Positions 45,601 to 55,239 are shown, counted from the stretch's first letter. The stretch is DNA of 64,000 nucleotides from Candidatus Poribacteria bacterium (GCA_963665235.2 CAXXLX010000001.1:4160001-4224000), one strand, 5' to 3'. Notes: generated by a model from the sequence alone, not told the origin. Made by a program: numbers and translations.

Positions 45601-48141
45601 TCCTTGTGTGTTTTGGCGAAGTATAGTGTTCCAATGGACCTTGTAAATGTTGAGCGTTAAGGCACGTCCAGCCACGGCTTCCCCGCTTTTATCCACAGCA
45701 ATATAGTTAAAAATAACATCCTGATTAGGTTTGATAGTCCCCGAACGTGAACGTTTGATGCCGACATAATGTGAATATGGATGTACGACCATGCGCTGTG
45801 ATGCAGTGACCGCTCTTCCGCCAGTTTCGCTGACAGTTGCTGTTAGTACACCGCTGAGCAGAGAGGGGGCTTTCACAGTGTTTGGCAGCGTAAATTGATA
45901 TACGCACTTGCCCTCCGCATCTGTCTTTGCCTCCGCTAGGGGAATTTGTTGCTGTTCAAACGGCATAAGACTTGAAAAAAGGAAAGTACGCCACTTTTCA
46001 GCGGGGCGATACGGTACAGCCTCAAGAATATAAGCGGCTTCCACTTTGCGGTTGGCCGCGGGCGGTCCGAATAGGTTCACCGCTGAAACATCCATTTTTA
46101 CTTCATCGCCGAGGTCATATATAGGTTTGTCGGTGGTAACGGTGACCTTCATTCGGTCGGGCATAAATTCTTCTACTAGAAAACGGGTGCGTCCAATCTC
46201 TTTGTCAGCGATGCGCATCTTGGCGATATACCCCCCTGTTTGCGCGTAGGGGGGTAGCGGAATTGTTATCTCACAGCCGCCTCGTCTGTCCGTGTTTTGT
46301 CGAAATTCCTGAACGATGCGTCCATCAGGGGCTAACACCTCAATGCGGGTGGGAAGGGAGGGCGGTGTTACGTTTCGCTTACCACGCACAATCGCTGCAA
46401 GCGAAATGTTCTCCCCGGGACGATAAACGCCGCGACTCGTACAGAGGAAGGCTTCATATCCTGTCTCTATATAGGGTGTACCGCCAACGTTGAGGTCCCC
46501 GGTGGCCAACTGATGTTTGTTCAACTGGAGGAAGGCAAGGTCATCCGCTTTTTCCACAGTCAACATAAACGGCGTAAACCCCTCCGTTTTTTGAGCAACT
46601 CTGGAGAATTTGACGACCCCTCCCCAATTCGTTTTACCTGTGAGCAAGGTCTGATTATTATCGCTAATCAGTTTAACCGTCGCGTACGGAATAGGTTTTA
46701 AGGTAGCAAGGGAGTTGACCCAAACCCACAGCTCATCCCCCGCCTGTTTGGCAATAATGCCGAGGTCTGTTAACATGACCCATTGATTGGCACGTATCCA
46801 GGGACGCTGGACATCTTGGACAGTGACCTTAAAGATTCCCACGTGCGGGTCTTTCAAGTACTGCCCTAATGCAATAGGCGTTCGGACCTCTTGGTTCAAC
46901 CGTGGGTTGATAGCGAGGGTGCCGGTGTGAATCGGTTTACCCAAGTTTGATACCCACTGACTCCACCTGGCTCGTCGAGAAACATAAATAAGGTTGTTCC
47001 CAAAGACCTTCTCTATTGTTACAGAAACGTTCCGGACGTTTATCGTTGCAAGACCTACGTTCATGTTCTGATGCCGTGTGAGAAAAAATCCACTGCCAAC
47101 AAAGCGAATCTGTGGGTGTACATCTGGGATGGTGAGCTGGACAGAATACGGTTTTTTTAGCACGGACCCGTCGGGCGCGGTTAACCCTTCCTTAACAGTG
47201 ACAGTGTATTTTTTGCGTCGTTCAAAATCGCCATGAATTTCAATATCCCCGTATCGCGTGATAATCTGAACGTCTAAAGCTGGTTTGATATGGATATAGG
47301 GCTGTACGGTGTGTATCGGTATTGAGGAGCTGAAACGTAGGGCGATATGCGGTTTTCCGGATGTCTCTTCCGCGCGAGCATACCTAATGCCGAGCGTACC
47401 CCGGCCGGTCAGAACTAGCGTTGTAACATCCGCTGCTTTCAAACCGATTTGTCCGCCTGTACACTTAAACCCCTTTTCAATGCGGACCTTGAGATTTTGG
47501 TCCCCGAGGAGCCGTGGAATGCTTTCCGTTTTTAGCGTAATCGTCCGGGCGATGCCGTGCTGGGGTTCAAGGGTATACGGAATCTCCGTGGCCCCCTCAA
47601 GCCAGACAGACAGATTCGCGCGTAAATCCGCGATATTGACCGGATAATTAAAGGTCAAGGTGCCAACAGCTTGCGCGTGTACTTTGGTATATTCGAATTC
47701 AAGGTCTTTTTTCTCTAGATGGAAGGGTTCCGTTGAGAAGCTGAATTTTCGGGTCCCGGTGATAACCGCTTCAAAGACATTTTGAAGTGATTTGCTGGAA
47801 AGTTCCATCGTGTACTTTGTGGAGGGGGCTAGGGGGCTCTCTAAAAAGAAGCGGATTTTATCACGTTCTAACCAACGCGCAGTCCCCCGAACGGCAGGTG
47901 TAAATTGAATCGCTTGGTTTGGCACCTCCGTGTTAATCGCAGAATTGTCAACCACTGGCTCCGAAAACGTAATCGTAAAGTCAACCCATTGCGGTACTTT
48001 TTCGCTCTGCGGTGTGAACGACTTAACAGTGACCCGCGTTTTCTCGCTAGATGTCATAAACCACTTATGGAAAAAGAAGGTAAGCAGCATAACGCTTGGG
48101 ATAAGAGCAATCACACCGATTAAAAACTTTTTTCTGCCCAC
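42694..48141 (-). CDS. Bacterial alpha-2-macroglobulin (YfhM-like, thioester type)
   Basis: YRPGE, AAVDEGIL, YPYGCLEQ thioester motif, WGTTQEN, LPAGFEIEN, AEAMY; GGAGG before GTG 48141. Confidence 0.96.
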   Translation of the reverse strand: MGRKKFLIGVIALIPSVMLLTFFFHKWFMTSSEKTRVTVKSFTPQSEKVPQWVDFTITFSEPVVDNSAINTEVPNQAIQFTPAVRGTARWLERDKIRFFLESPLAPSTKYTMELSSKSLQNVFEAVITGTRKFSFSTEPFHLEKKDLEFEYTKVHAQAVGTLTFNYPVNIADLRANLSVWLEGATEIPYTLEPQHGIARTITLKTESIPRLLGDQNLKVRIEKGFKCTGGQIGLKAADVTTLVLTGRGTLGIRYARAEETSGKPHIALRFSSSIPIHTVQPYIHIKPALDVQIITRYGDIEIHGDFERRKKYTVTVKEGLTAPDGSVLKKPYSVQLTIPDVHPQIRFVGSGFFLTRHQNMNVGLATINVRNVSVTIEKVFGNNLIYVSRRARWSQWVSNLGKPIHTGTLAINPRLNQEVRTPIALGQYLKDPHVGIFKVTVQDVQRPWIRANQWVMLTDLGIIAKQAGDELWVWVNSLATLKPIPYATVKLISDNNQTLLTGKTNWGGVVKFSRVAQKTEGFTPFMLTVEKADDLAFLQLNKHQLATGDLNVGGTPYIETGYEAFLCTSRGVYRPGENISLAAIVRGKRNVTPPSLPTRIEVLAPDGRIVQEFRQNTDRRGGCEITIPLPPYAQTGGYIAKMRIADKEIGRTRFLVEEFMPDRMKVTVTTDKPIYDLGDEVKMDVSAVNLFGPPAANRKVEAAYILEAVPYRPAEKWRTFLFSSLMPFEQQQIPLAEAKTDAEGKCVYQFTLPNTVKAPSLLSGVLTATVSETGGRAVTASQRMVVHPYSHYVGIKRSRSGTIKPNQDVIFNYIAVDKSGEAVAGRALTLNIYKVHWNTILRQNTQGQYEYVSDRQVTTLESREFISTEEMGTFTFTPTDYGEYRLQLQDTASGAKTELDIEASGWRTVPYSMENPTLLEMSLNKPVYRIGETAKLQIKAPFPGKLLLTIEREKILSYRTVTLRGNTASLDIPVQYGYKPNIYLSGTLIRSTGSYEEHAPARAFGVIPLKIDAEPNRLTINLEAPEEMRPNSDVTVKFRVRGGQRAFSHVIIAAVDEGILQLTDFRTPDPHGYFYRQRGLKTDTYDLYTSILPEIPTVQAASSPGGDGAASTDGRAKRINTGSVIRVKPVSLWSGILKTDRYGRGKVDFHVPQFNGTLRLMAVAFSNAYYGSTEKFIKVREPVVLTPTFPRFLAGGDRIQFPVNVYNGTGRDGEFRVELHAAGDVQLLPVEGSSHSPHTVNRQIQIANDSEAQLIFELMAHDAIGKATFTLNASGNNEQTQMSVQLPLRSAAPPVTQTGHGVVSAANPADLIFPSNYIAESSDFTLTVSPFPAVEFAGGIRYLLRYPYGCLEQTTSRVFPLLYFKDVARTVDPEIASDESIDAYITAGITKLESMLTSQNHFSYWPGGRYINHWSSVYASHFLVEARKAGYQVSDRVYSAMLQGLKEQAKQLIGGVDRSEIQKIDKSNRYEVARAVYACYVLAAAEAPEKGVMHYLKNNLLSGLTDYSQFQLAGAYALSGELETALSMLPMSVSSQNEGHRETGTNFDSPVRSQAIILDVLAEVNENHPSIPTLVSNLSDAAAQRKRWGTTQENAFAFLALGKILKKKMDGNYTGTLTLNGEHIGDFDSKTGLQLSDKDWDGAQVQIAIEGEGSCYYYWSAFGIQRDSFIEEYDRQLVVRRRYLNREGIPYNNNEFRHGNLVIAEITVKALTSNLENVVVVDMLPAGFEIENARLASRTGIPWLKTQDFKPDYVDIRDDRLIFFGTFPRQRERKFHYALRAVTRGEFTLPPVSAEAMYDPAKSSVANSGKIVISH

Positions 48142-48200
48142 AATAAATGCCTCCAATTGTAGTTAAATCTCTTCTCGCTTTCTCGCTCACTTTAAGTATA

Positions 48201-48217
48201 AGCAATTTTTATGCCAA
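48201..48217 (-). promoter_or_regulatory. Sigma54 (-24/-12) promoter for the A2M-pbpC operon
   Basis: Minus strand TTGGCAT-AAAAA-TTGCT. Confidence 0.7.
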
Positions 48218-48399
48218 TTTTACATATCATGCCTTGAAAGATTTCCTGCCCCAAAACGTGGTAATTCTGAAGGCCTCAAGCATCAGTTAAGAGAGATCGG
48301 GCCAATGTAGCATCTCTTTGAATCATCAACCCCATCTTTATGACAACTAACATGTGTAAAAATTAACACACCACTTTTGCCGTTTTATCGCAAAACAAT

Positions 48400-49617
48400 T
48401 TAGAACCAAAATCGCGACATCAAAATAATCTGATCGGTCCCTTGGAGCTGTCGTAACATGCCCTTATTGTTAATTTTCTCATCAGGCATCCGGTCATCGT
48501 TAGGCAAATTTGCCCAATAGAACAGCGAAATTGCCCCGTTTTCGATAAAATTGTATTGGGCACTGAGCGTCACACGTCTTGTAGCATCTCCCAAAACCGT
48601 TCTGTCTGGGTCGAACAAACCGTAGCGTCCAGCCACGGTAAATTGCGGTAGAACACGGTATTTTGCGCCGACATAGTAACCCTTAGAGTCAATGTCATCT
48701 GACGCGAAGGAGGTAGGCATGTCGCTATTACCGAAATTGAATTCACCTTCTAAGCTCAATCCCGCGTAAGAGGCGGTCAGAAAAGCCCCGATGAGCCGTT
48801 CCCACTCTTCACCGGGTCGTTCAAATATGCAGGAGACTCCCGCCCGGATTGGGCCGAGGTGTCCGCCAACAGTTCCGAGTATCCCTTTGGCTGCTGTGGT
48901 ATCGGTGTTAAAAAACGCAGCGTTGTAAAAAACTTTTCCTAAGCTCCCTGCAAGTTCAACGCCAACATCGCGCTTATTGGAGCCGAGGGCGTAGCCTTCG
49001 CGGATGAGAATGTTATGGTCTTTCTGTTTGATACCGAAAGGCAAGCGAAATTGACCGGCTTTGACGTAGAGGTGTTTCGGAATTGCATCCACTGTAGCGA
49101 AAGCGTTTAGCGTATTCGCAACAAAGTTGTTGGAAACGGTTAACCGTACGTGCTCTGATGCTTGTGCATTGAACGTTACCTCCGCTTGCATCAGGAGAAA
49201 TCTGTCAACAGAGGAGTGGCATGAGTTGCACCCTGCTACTGTGCTCTCTCCTTCGTGTACATCCATAGTTTTAATAAAAGCTGTCTGTAGGTCAAACGAA
49301 GTCGTAAGTTGCTTGACAACCGCCTTGGCTTCTTCGGTTACAGCTTCCATATCGAAGTCTTCGGGAAATTCGAAATAGTTCTGTTCAAAAATTTCGCCAA
49401 TCCGGTTTCGGGGGCCGCCGCCAGCTGGGTCGATGTGACAGAAGTTGCAGTCCTTCTCTAATTCGGCGGCAAACTCAGGACGCGCTTCAGCAAGATTCAC
49501 TGCAAAGAGGCTGAATGAAAGTCCGGCTATGAGTGCAAGTGTCAGTAGCAGACACAAAGGATTTCTCGATAAAACGTCGTTGTTAAAATCGTTTACGAAT
49601 TTATTATTTCTGTTCAA
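48400..49617 (-). CDS. Outer-membrane porin-like protein with two CxxCH haem motifs
   Basis: Signal peptide; CNFCH and CNSCH; KAGQFRLPFG porin motif; C-terminal FWF. Confidence 0.8.
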   Translation of the reverse strand: MNRNNKFVNDFNNDVLSRNPLCLLLTLALIAGLSFSLFAVNLAEARPEFAAELEKDCNFCHIDPAGGGPRNRIGEIFEQNYFEFPEDFDMEAVTEEAKAVVKQLTTSFDLQTAFIKTMDVHEGESTVAGCNSCHSSVDRFLLMQAEVTFNAQASEHVRLTVSNNFVANTLNAFATVDAIPKHLYVKAGQFRLPFGIKQKDHNILIREGYALGSNKRDVGVELAGSLGKVFYNAAFFNTDTTAAKGILGTVGGHLGPIRAGVSCIFERPGEEWERLIGAFLTASYAGLSLEGEFNFGNSDMPTSFASDDIDSKGYYVGAKYRVLPQFTVAGRYGLFDPDRTVLGDATRRVTLSAQYNFIENGAISLFYWANLPNDDRMPDEKINNKGMLRQLQGTDQIILMSRFWF

Positions 49618-49678
49618 AATCCTGCTCCTTATCTATAAATACCCTCTGATTTCCGATTGTGGTTTGGATTGCTTTCCC

Positions 49679-50254
49679 TTAGTCAAGTTCTGTAAAAACG
49701 TAGTCTATATCTTGAACCTGGGCGTGGCATCCCCAACAGATTCTGCCGGAGGCGAGTATGCTAAAATCGGCATCCGGTGCGTTGCGGGTATATTCAATGA
49801 ACTCCCAATCGTTGTGCGCTGCGTTAGTGCCTGGTATTTTTCGCATAATTGCAATGAGCCCAATGTAGTCCTTATTTGGACGATACGCCTCTTTTACGAC
49901 GATGCTTCCAGCGGGATACGGAAATTGCTGTTCGTCATCAGGTGCAATGGTCTCGCGTGTTTGGTTAACGTAAACGTTCTTTGTACCTAAATGCGGGTCA
50001 CCACCTGCGACGGGCGGAATCGGTTCAGCGTTTAATTTTAACCACTGTTCATAACCTGCTACATCGTCAGGAAGCCCCGGCAGTGCAACCGCGGGTTCTT
50101 CAGGCTCGTTATCCGGCTCGTTTTGCTGGACAAGTTCGTCTAGCTGCTGCTCCTCAACGCAGGACATGAAAAGGATACAAGGGATTAGCAGCACAGTAAA
50201 TCCTATAAGAACGTTCAAAAATAATCGATTCAGTTTTTTGTTTTGCATTATCAT
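49679..50254 (-). CDS. Cytochrome P460-family lipoprotein
   Basis: Lipobox-like FMSC; YPAGSIVVKE, IMRK, WEF, C-terminal CWGCH..DYVF. Confidence 0.85.
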   Translation of the reverse strand: MIMQNKKLNRLFLNVLIGFTVLLIPCILFMSCVEEQQLDELVQQNEPDNEPEEPAVALPGLPDDVAGYEQWLKLNAEPIPPVAGGDPHLGTKNVYVNQTRETIAPDDEQQFPYPAGSIVVKEAYRPNKDYIGLIAIMRKIPGTNAAHNDWEFIEYTRNAPDADFSILASGRICWGCHAQVQDIDYVFTELD

Positions 50255-50417
50255 GTTCTTCGGGCTAGAGCCTCCATCTTAAGGCGGCGGAGGAAAGCCC
50301 ACTCCTTTCTGTTTGAGAACGGACTGCACAGCAAAATGCCACGCAGCTTGGTAGTCTCCGCGGGAGCATCCAAAATATCTTGTGTGTTGCTATGCACGGA
50401 TACCGTGATATAAGTGT

Positions 50418-51440
50418 CTAGTCATCCATCTTTGCAATGCCTATTCTCTTTGTTATCTTTGCTGCTAAAATCTTGAAGTCGTAATAAGCATCTTGGGCGG
50501 CAGCAGCGTGGGAACCGATAGCTCCATCAGCTGTGTTAAGGTGAAAAATAGGTTTGCGTGCCTCCCGTGCCATCGGGACAAGGCTGCGATAATGCTTAGC
50601 GATAGCGAGTGCATTTTCCTCATCCTCTTTCGGTGTTTTGGCATAGGGCCCTTCCCTATCATCTAGCAGGTTCTGGGCATATTCTGCGGGCATCCGGCTG
50701 ATGCATTTATTATAGGCTTTAACTGGATATCCAAAATAAACACTGGGCTGTTGGACTACATAACCAATCGGTTGAATTAACCCTATTGGTATAGACAACT
50801 CAGGAAGAGGATTATGTTTGCGTCTCTCCTGCCACCCCTGTCGCCAATCGTGTAACGTCGGACCAAGGTTCCGGAGCCCTTGAAGTGAGAAGTGGTCAGC
50901 ACCTAGTGGAACAATAACATAATCCGTAGCGACCAGGACGGCTCTATTCAAGGCTCCCAGGTTCGGTCCCACATCCACTAGGGCAATGTCGGCTTGCCGT
51001 TCGTTTGCTGCTTCTTGCAAAATCCGCCATAGTGCCGACATTACGCGAAATGCCCGTGGATTCTGCTCTAGACACTTTTGCCATTCACTACTAAGTTCAT
51101 CCTCCACCGAAGATAACAGAAGATCTCCGACAATAAGACTTAATTCTTCCATTGCCCATTCTTCTGTCATATTCTCCAAGTAGGGTTTTTTAATGTCTCC
51201 TGTACCGTCCAAAAGCGGTTGAAGCGCGCCATAGACGGTCTTTCTAGGGCCGCTTTCAGGCCATAGTGCTTCCAGCCGTTCGTCGTCGATGAACATGCTA
51301 GTAAGGTTTGCCTGCGGGTCGAGGTCACAGGCAAGTACGCGATAACCGGTCTCGTAAAGCATCCATGCTATATGATAAACGAGGGATGTTTTGCCAACCC
51401 CGCTTTTATTATTGAAAAAAGTTAAAACTGGCGCAGGCAT
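50418..51440 (-). CDS. ParA/Soj-like ATPase (AAA_31)
   Basis: FFNNKSGVGKTS, DLDPQANLT, VDVGPNLG. Confidence 0.92.
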   Translation of the reverse strand: MPAPVLTFFNNKSGVGKTSLVYHIAWMLYETGYRVLACDLDPQANLTSMFIDDERLEALWPESGPRKTVYGALQPLLDGTGDIKKPYLENMTEEWAMEELSLIVGDLLLSSVEDELSSEWQKCLEQNPRAFRVMSALWRILQEAANERQADIALVDVGPNLGALNRAVLVATDYVIVPLGADHFSLQGLRNLGPTLHDWRQGWQERRKHNPLPELSIPIGLIQPIGYVVQQPSVYFGYPVKAYNKCISRMPAEYAQNLLDDREGPYAKTPKEDEENALAIAKHYRSLVPMAREARKPIFHLNTADGAIGSHAAAAQDAYYDFKILAAKITKRIGIAKMDD

Positions 51441-51442
51441 CG

Positions 51443-52667
51443 TCAGGTAACCTCCGGTTTCTGTGCGGCGTGTATCGTTGCCAGCACGTGATTATCAAAG
51501 ATTTTAAATTCAGGTTCAGGATGTCCAGCTTTTTTTTAGCAAGGTTTTGGTTATCTGTATACCCATACCGAACTTCTGCATATAACCAAGCGTTTTCATC
51601 GCTTCCGCAAGAGTTGGATTGCGATAATCGGTCCAGCCGGGCTGTCCGAAATTTTCAGCTGTTACTGCCCCAAAAACCCCACCGGGATTTAAAACCTCAA
51701 CGCGGTCGTTGAACCAGGTGACGCGTACCGGTGCATTTGTTCCTTGATATGTTCTGTGCATAACAGCATTTCGGGTAACCTGCTGCAGTGCCGCAAGCGG
51801 ATAAATTTCTGTGCGGCGTTCAGCAGGGCCACTTACAAAATCAACAGAGACGCGATTGTGTGCAATTAATTTATCGTCTAAACGGCGAATCTGATCTGGA
51901 ATTGCGCCGCGAATCTCCTCACTATCAAGAATAGGCGCAGTTAGTTCATCGCCATCAATTCTGAGAAACTGAATATAAGCACCGTATAGGAAATCCTGCG
52001 GATTTTTCCCAATCGTAAGCATACCAAACACGGTAGGTGTTGGTTGGTCAGCAGTTTCGATCATCTTTGTGGCTGCCAATTGTTCATTCAAGCTCCGGGC
52101 ATTTGCTTCCAAGAGCTCCGAAGAGAATGCCTTGGGTAGATATTCATAATTGAATAAAGCTAGGTTGAGGTTTGACACATCCGCTTCCGGAATGGGATAT
52201 AGGTCAAAGGGCCGGTCACTATAGCGGCGTTTTTCGTTGAGAATGCGCTCATCTTGTGCCGTGGCGATACCTCGACGTGTGCCAATCCGGATATGGACAG
52301 CTCCTTTGTATCTCACTGGTGGTGAATCAGAAGGTTCCACTTTAACTACGGCAATCTCTTTTCCTTTTAGCACCCGTTTTTCAACGGTGAGCGATGGGGG
52401 CGGCAAGATATTACCATCAGTTTTCATGTCCGCTAACTGCCGCAGGAGCGAGTCTGTGACTTGCAGACCCAGGAGCGTTTTGTCCTCTCCCACGCCAACG
52501 AAAACAAAGCCAGGCTTTTCGTGGCGAGGCAAATCGTTGGCAAATGCACAGATAGCCTCCCTAATTTTCTCCGGGGCATTACCAGACAGGACCGCTTTGA
52601 ACTCAACGCGGTCTGATTCATCTGCCTCAATGATTTGCAGCAGGTCTTCGTCTGTAAAATTTCGCAT
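51443..52667 (-). CDS. Schlafen/AlbA_2 domain + HATPase_c_4-like protein, frameshifted in an A8 run at 51530-51537
   Basis: ESDRVEFK, ICAFAN, VGV; NAVMHRTY, RVEV.NPG, YRNP.LAE..GMGI. With A7 the ORF continues AGHPEPEF..KPEVT to a stop 2 nt before parA. Confidence 0.88.
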
Positions 52668-52730
52668 TGCGACTCCTACCAATTTTACCGTTTGTGCTTC
52701 CAACATCAATTAAATATTGTCGCTGTGATA

Positions 52731-52814
52731 AGTATACATCGCGCGGAAAAATTTGTCAAGACTAATTCAATGCCTGATAAAAAACTTGACATATTTTAGA
52801 GAAAGTGGTATAAT
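52731..52814. promoter_or_regulatory. Back-to-back consensus sigma70 promoters
   Basis: Minus TTGACA-N17-TATACT (52759-52731); plus TTGACA-N17-TATAAT (52786-52814). Confidence 0.7.
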
Positions 52815-52993
52815 GTTCTGAAAAAATGAGGATGCCCTCCAATCTCTTGTATCCGTAATGACCCTGCTGTGCGTAAGTCCTGACATAAATAAAGGGAGAG
52901 TGCACAACACATAGGGCGTACGGGTTCGGTCCGTAGCATTTCGTTTAGTCCTGATGGCACCTCCCTCACATTGATGAACCCATACCCTGGTGA

Positions 52994-53090
52994 GATAATG
53001 ACTCCTTACTGAAGAGGGCAAAACGCGTCAATACGCAACTTCATGTCTCGGTAGAATACCCCGACGGCTACAGGAGGAAATAGGACATGA
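52994..53090 (+). pseudogene. C-terminal remnant of a PIN-type toxin gene
   Basis: Reads DNDSLLKRAKRVNTQLHVSVEYP..LQEEI, resembling PIN C-termini, directly upstream of an antitoxin-like ORF. Confidence 0.5.
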
Positions 53091-53296
53091 ATATACGGAA
53101 TATGACTGATGAAGAAATTTACGAAGTTGGGCTTAAAGTCCTCTCTGATAAACTTGGTGCCGCGGGGATGATTAGATTCCTCAGGCAGTGTGAACCGGCT
53201 ACAGGCAATTTTACTGAAGAACGCAAAGAGTGGATTGCTAGCGAACCCGACATCAGGACGATTGCAAAGCGGATCCAACGGAATCACCAAACGTAA
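53087..53296 (+). CDS. Small antitoxin-like protein
   Basis: EIYEVGLKVL.DKLG.AGMIRFL.Q.E...GNFTEER..W; RBS-like purine run upstream. Confidence 0.75.
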   Translation: MNIRNMTDEEIYEVGLKVLSDKLGAAGMIRFLRQCEPATGNFTEERKEWIASEPDIRTIAKRIQRNHQT

Positions 53297-53360
53297 ATAT
53301 TAAAAGCATTCCAACGCTTGACCACTGCGGGCGCGCTTCTTCACCTAAGAAAGAATATAC

Positions 53361-54125
53361 ATGGCAAACCGACTCAAAGATAAAATCGCAATTATCACGG
53401 GGGCTGCGCGCGGGATTGGCGCGAAAAGTGCCGAAATCTTTGCTGACGAGGGGGCCGCTGTTGCCTTATGGGACATAAATACCGAACGCGGCGAAGAGAC
53501 CACCCACCAAATTCAGACAGCCGGCGGCACTGCTATCTTCTGTCAGTGTGATGTAACCGATGCTACGCAGATTGCCCGTGCTGTTGACCGGGTCGCGTCT
53601 GAACTCGGTACCCCCACTGTCCTATTTAACAATGCCGGTATTGCTGTCGTAGGCGAATTAGAGGAGATTACCGAGGCGGACTGGGACAGGCAATATGCTG
53701 TCAATGTGAAGAGCGTCTATCTCGTTTCCCGCGCGGTTATTCCGTTGATGCGGACTGCCGGGGGGGGAACGATTATCAACATGGCAAGCGAGTCGGCTTA
53801 CGTCGGGTTTCCGATGCACCCCGCCTATACGTCCTCAAAAGCCGCGGTGGTTCATCTTACGCGAAGTATGGCGGTTCGGTACGCTGAGGACAACATTCGC
53901 GTCAATAGCCTCTGCCCCGGTACAATTAACACGGAGCTTTATCAAGAATTTTTGGCACAGCAGGAAGACCCGGAGGCGATAAATAGAGAGATTGAAGCGA
54001 TGCATCCGTTGGGCATCGGTGAACCGATGGATATCGCTTGGGCAGCGGTCTATTTAGCCTCCGATGAATCCCGCTACATGACCGGTGCACCGATGCTCGT
54101 TGAAGGCGGTATCCTGTGTCTCTAG
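53361..54125 (+). CDS. Short-chain dehydrogenase/reductase
   Basis: TGAARGIG, NNAG, YTSSK, PG. Confidence 0.96.
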   Translation: MANRLKDKIAIITGAARGIGAKSAEIFADEGAAVALWDINTERGEETTHQIQTAGGTAIFCQCDVTDATQIARAVDRVASELGTPTVLFNNAGIAVVGELEEITEADWDRQYAVNVKSVYLVSRAVIPLMRTAGGGTIINMASESAYVGFPMHPAYTSSKAAVVHLTRSMAVRYAEDNIRVNSLCPGTINTELYQEFLAQQEDPEAINREIEAMHPLGIGEPMDIAWAAVYLASDESRYMTGAPMLVEGGILCL

Positions 54126-54170
54126 GTAGTTGAATTATCCCCCAATTGACACGTACCTCTTATCTATTTT

Positions 54171-55112
54171 CTATAGCGCAAGGTCGGCTGGACGGACCCC
54201 CTTCTTAAACGTGCCGAAACCGAAGAAGAGCGGTGCATACTCACCGACATAATCAACGACGCTTTCCTCAGGAATTGCGTCCTCCATCCCCATACACCAA
54301 TAACACCCATTGACGAGGAGACGGCGAAGGCCTTCGCTCTCTAAGTCCACAGATGCTCCCATCGTAGTGTTGAAGATACGTGAGGTGTTCCCCGCTTCAC
54401 CGGTATAGGTTTTAATCCATGCCATCGGCATTGTGACGGTATCCGGTTTTGGTGCATCTGTCGGTTCCATACCGACCAGCACCTGTCCGTGTACCAGCAC
54501 TTGTGCGTCGCCTGTCAATTCCCGAATGCCGTAGACATCGGATGGTCCCCATATATCGGTAACGCCTTTGAGAGTAGGGTGGTCTTTCATGGTTTCATCA
54601 ATAACACCGCGTGCGCTCTCTTTGCCGTGATGTCCATGGTGGTTCACCCAGGTTTCTCCGAGGACCTGCTTGCCGTATCCGCCCGCGAAATCCCTGCTGT
54701 TGAAGCTGTATTTTGCGTACGGGCTTTCCTGATTTCGGCTATAATTGAAAGCGTGTGTCGCTGTCCGGAGTCCCATCACAGGTTTGCCAGCGTTGGTGTA
54801 GTCCACGATATATTTCATCTGTTCATCGGGCAGTTCGCGAAAACGGGTGAACAGTACCATCATATCGGCTGATTCCAGATGATGGAGCCCGGGAATATTG
54901 GTCTGTACCTCCGGATCGATTTCACCTGTTTCGGGGTTAATAGCGAACAGTACTGTGCATCGGAAGCCGTGATGTGTAGCTAATATCTTTCCGAGCATCG
55001 GTAACGCTTCTTCGGAGCGATACTCCTCATCGCCGCTGACCAGAACAATATGTTTGCCGTTTCCGGGGCCATCATTTCCTTCATAAACAACCCATTCATT
55101 ATTATTATTCAT
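54171..55112 (-). CDS. ThuA-like domain protein
   Basis: HIVLVSGDEEYRSEE, GLRTATHAF, LGETWVNHHG, FNTTMG; likely start MNNN at 55112. Confidence 0.8.
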   Translation of the reverse strand: MNNNNEWVVYEGNDGPGNGKHIVLVSGDEEYRSEEALPMLGKILATHHGFRCTVLFAINPETGEIDPEVQTNIPGLHHLESADMMVLFTRFRELPDEQMKYIVDYTNAGKPVMGLRTATHAFNYSRNQESPYAKYSFNSRDFAGGYGKQVLGETWVNHHGHHGKESARGVIDETMKDHPTLKGVTDIWGPSDVYGIRELTGDAQVLVHGQVLVGMEPTDAPKPDTVTMPMAWIKTYTGEAGNTSRIFNTTMGASVDLESEGLRRLLVNGCYWCMGMEDAIPEESVVDYVGEYAPLFFGFGTFKKGVRPADLAL

Positions 55113-55239
55113 CAAATTAAACTCCACATTATAAAATTTTATATCAGTATAGCACACTTTTTCAAAAAAGTCACGTTGAAATTGAGGAGCGAATGTGTAA
55201 AGTTTTCGTCACAGGGAAGGGTGGAAGTCGCAATATCTT

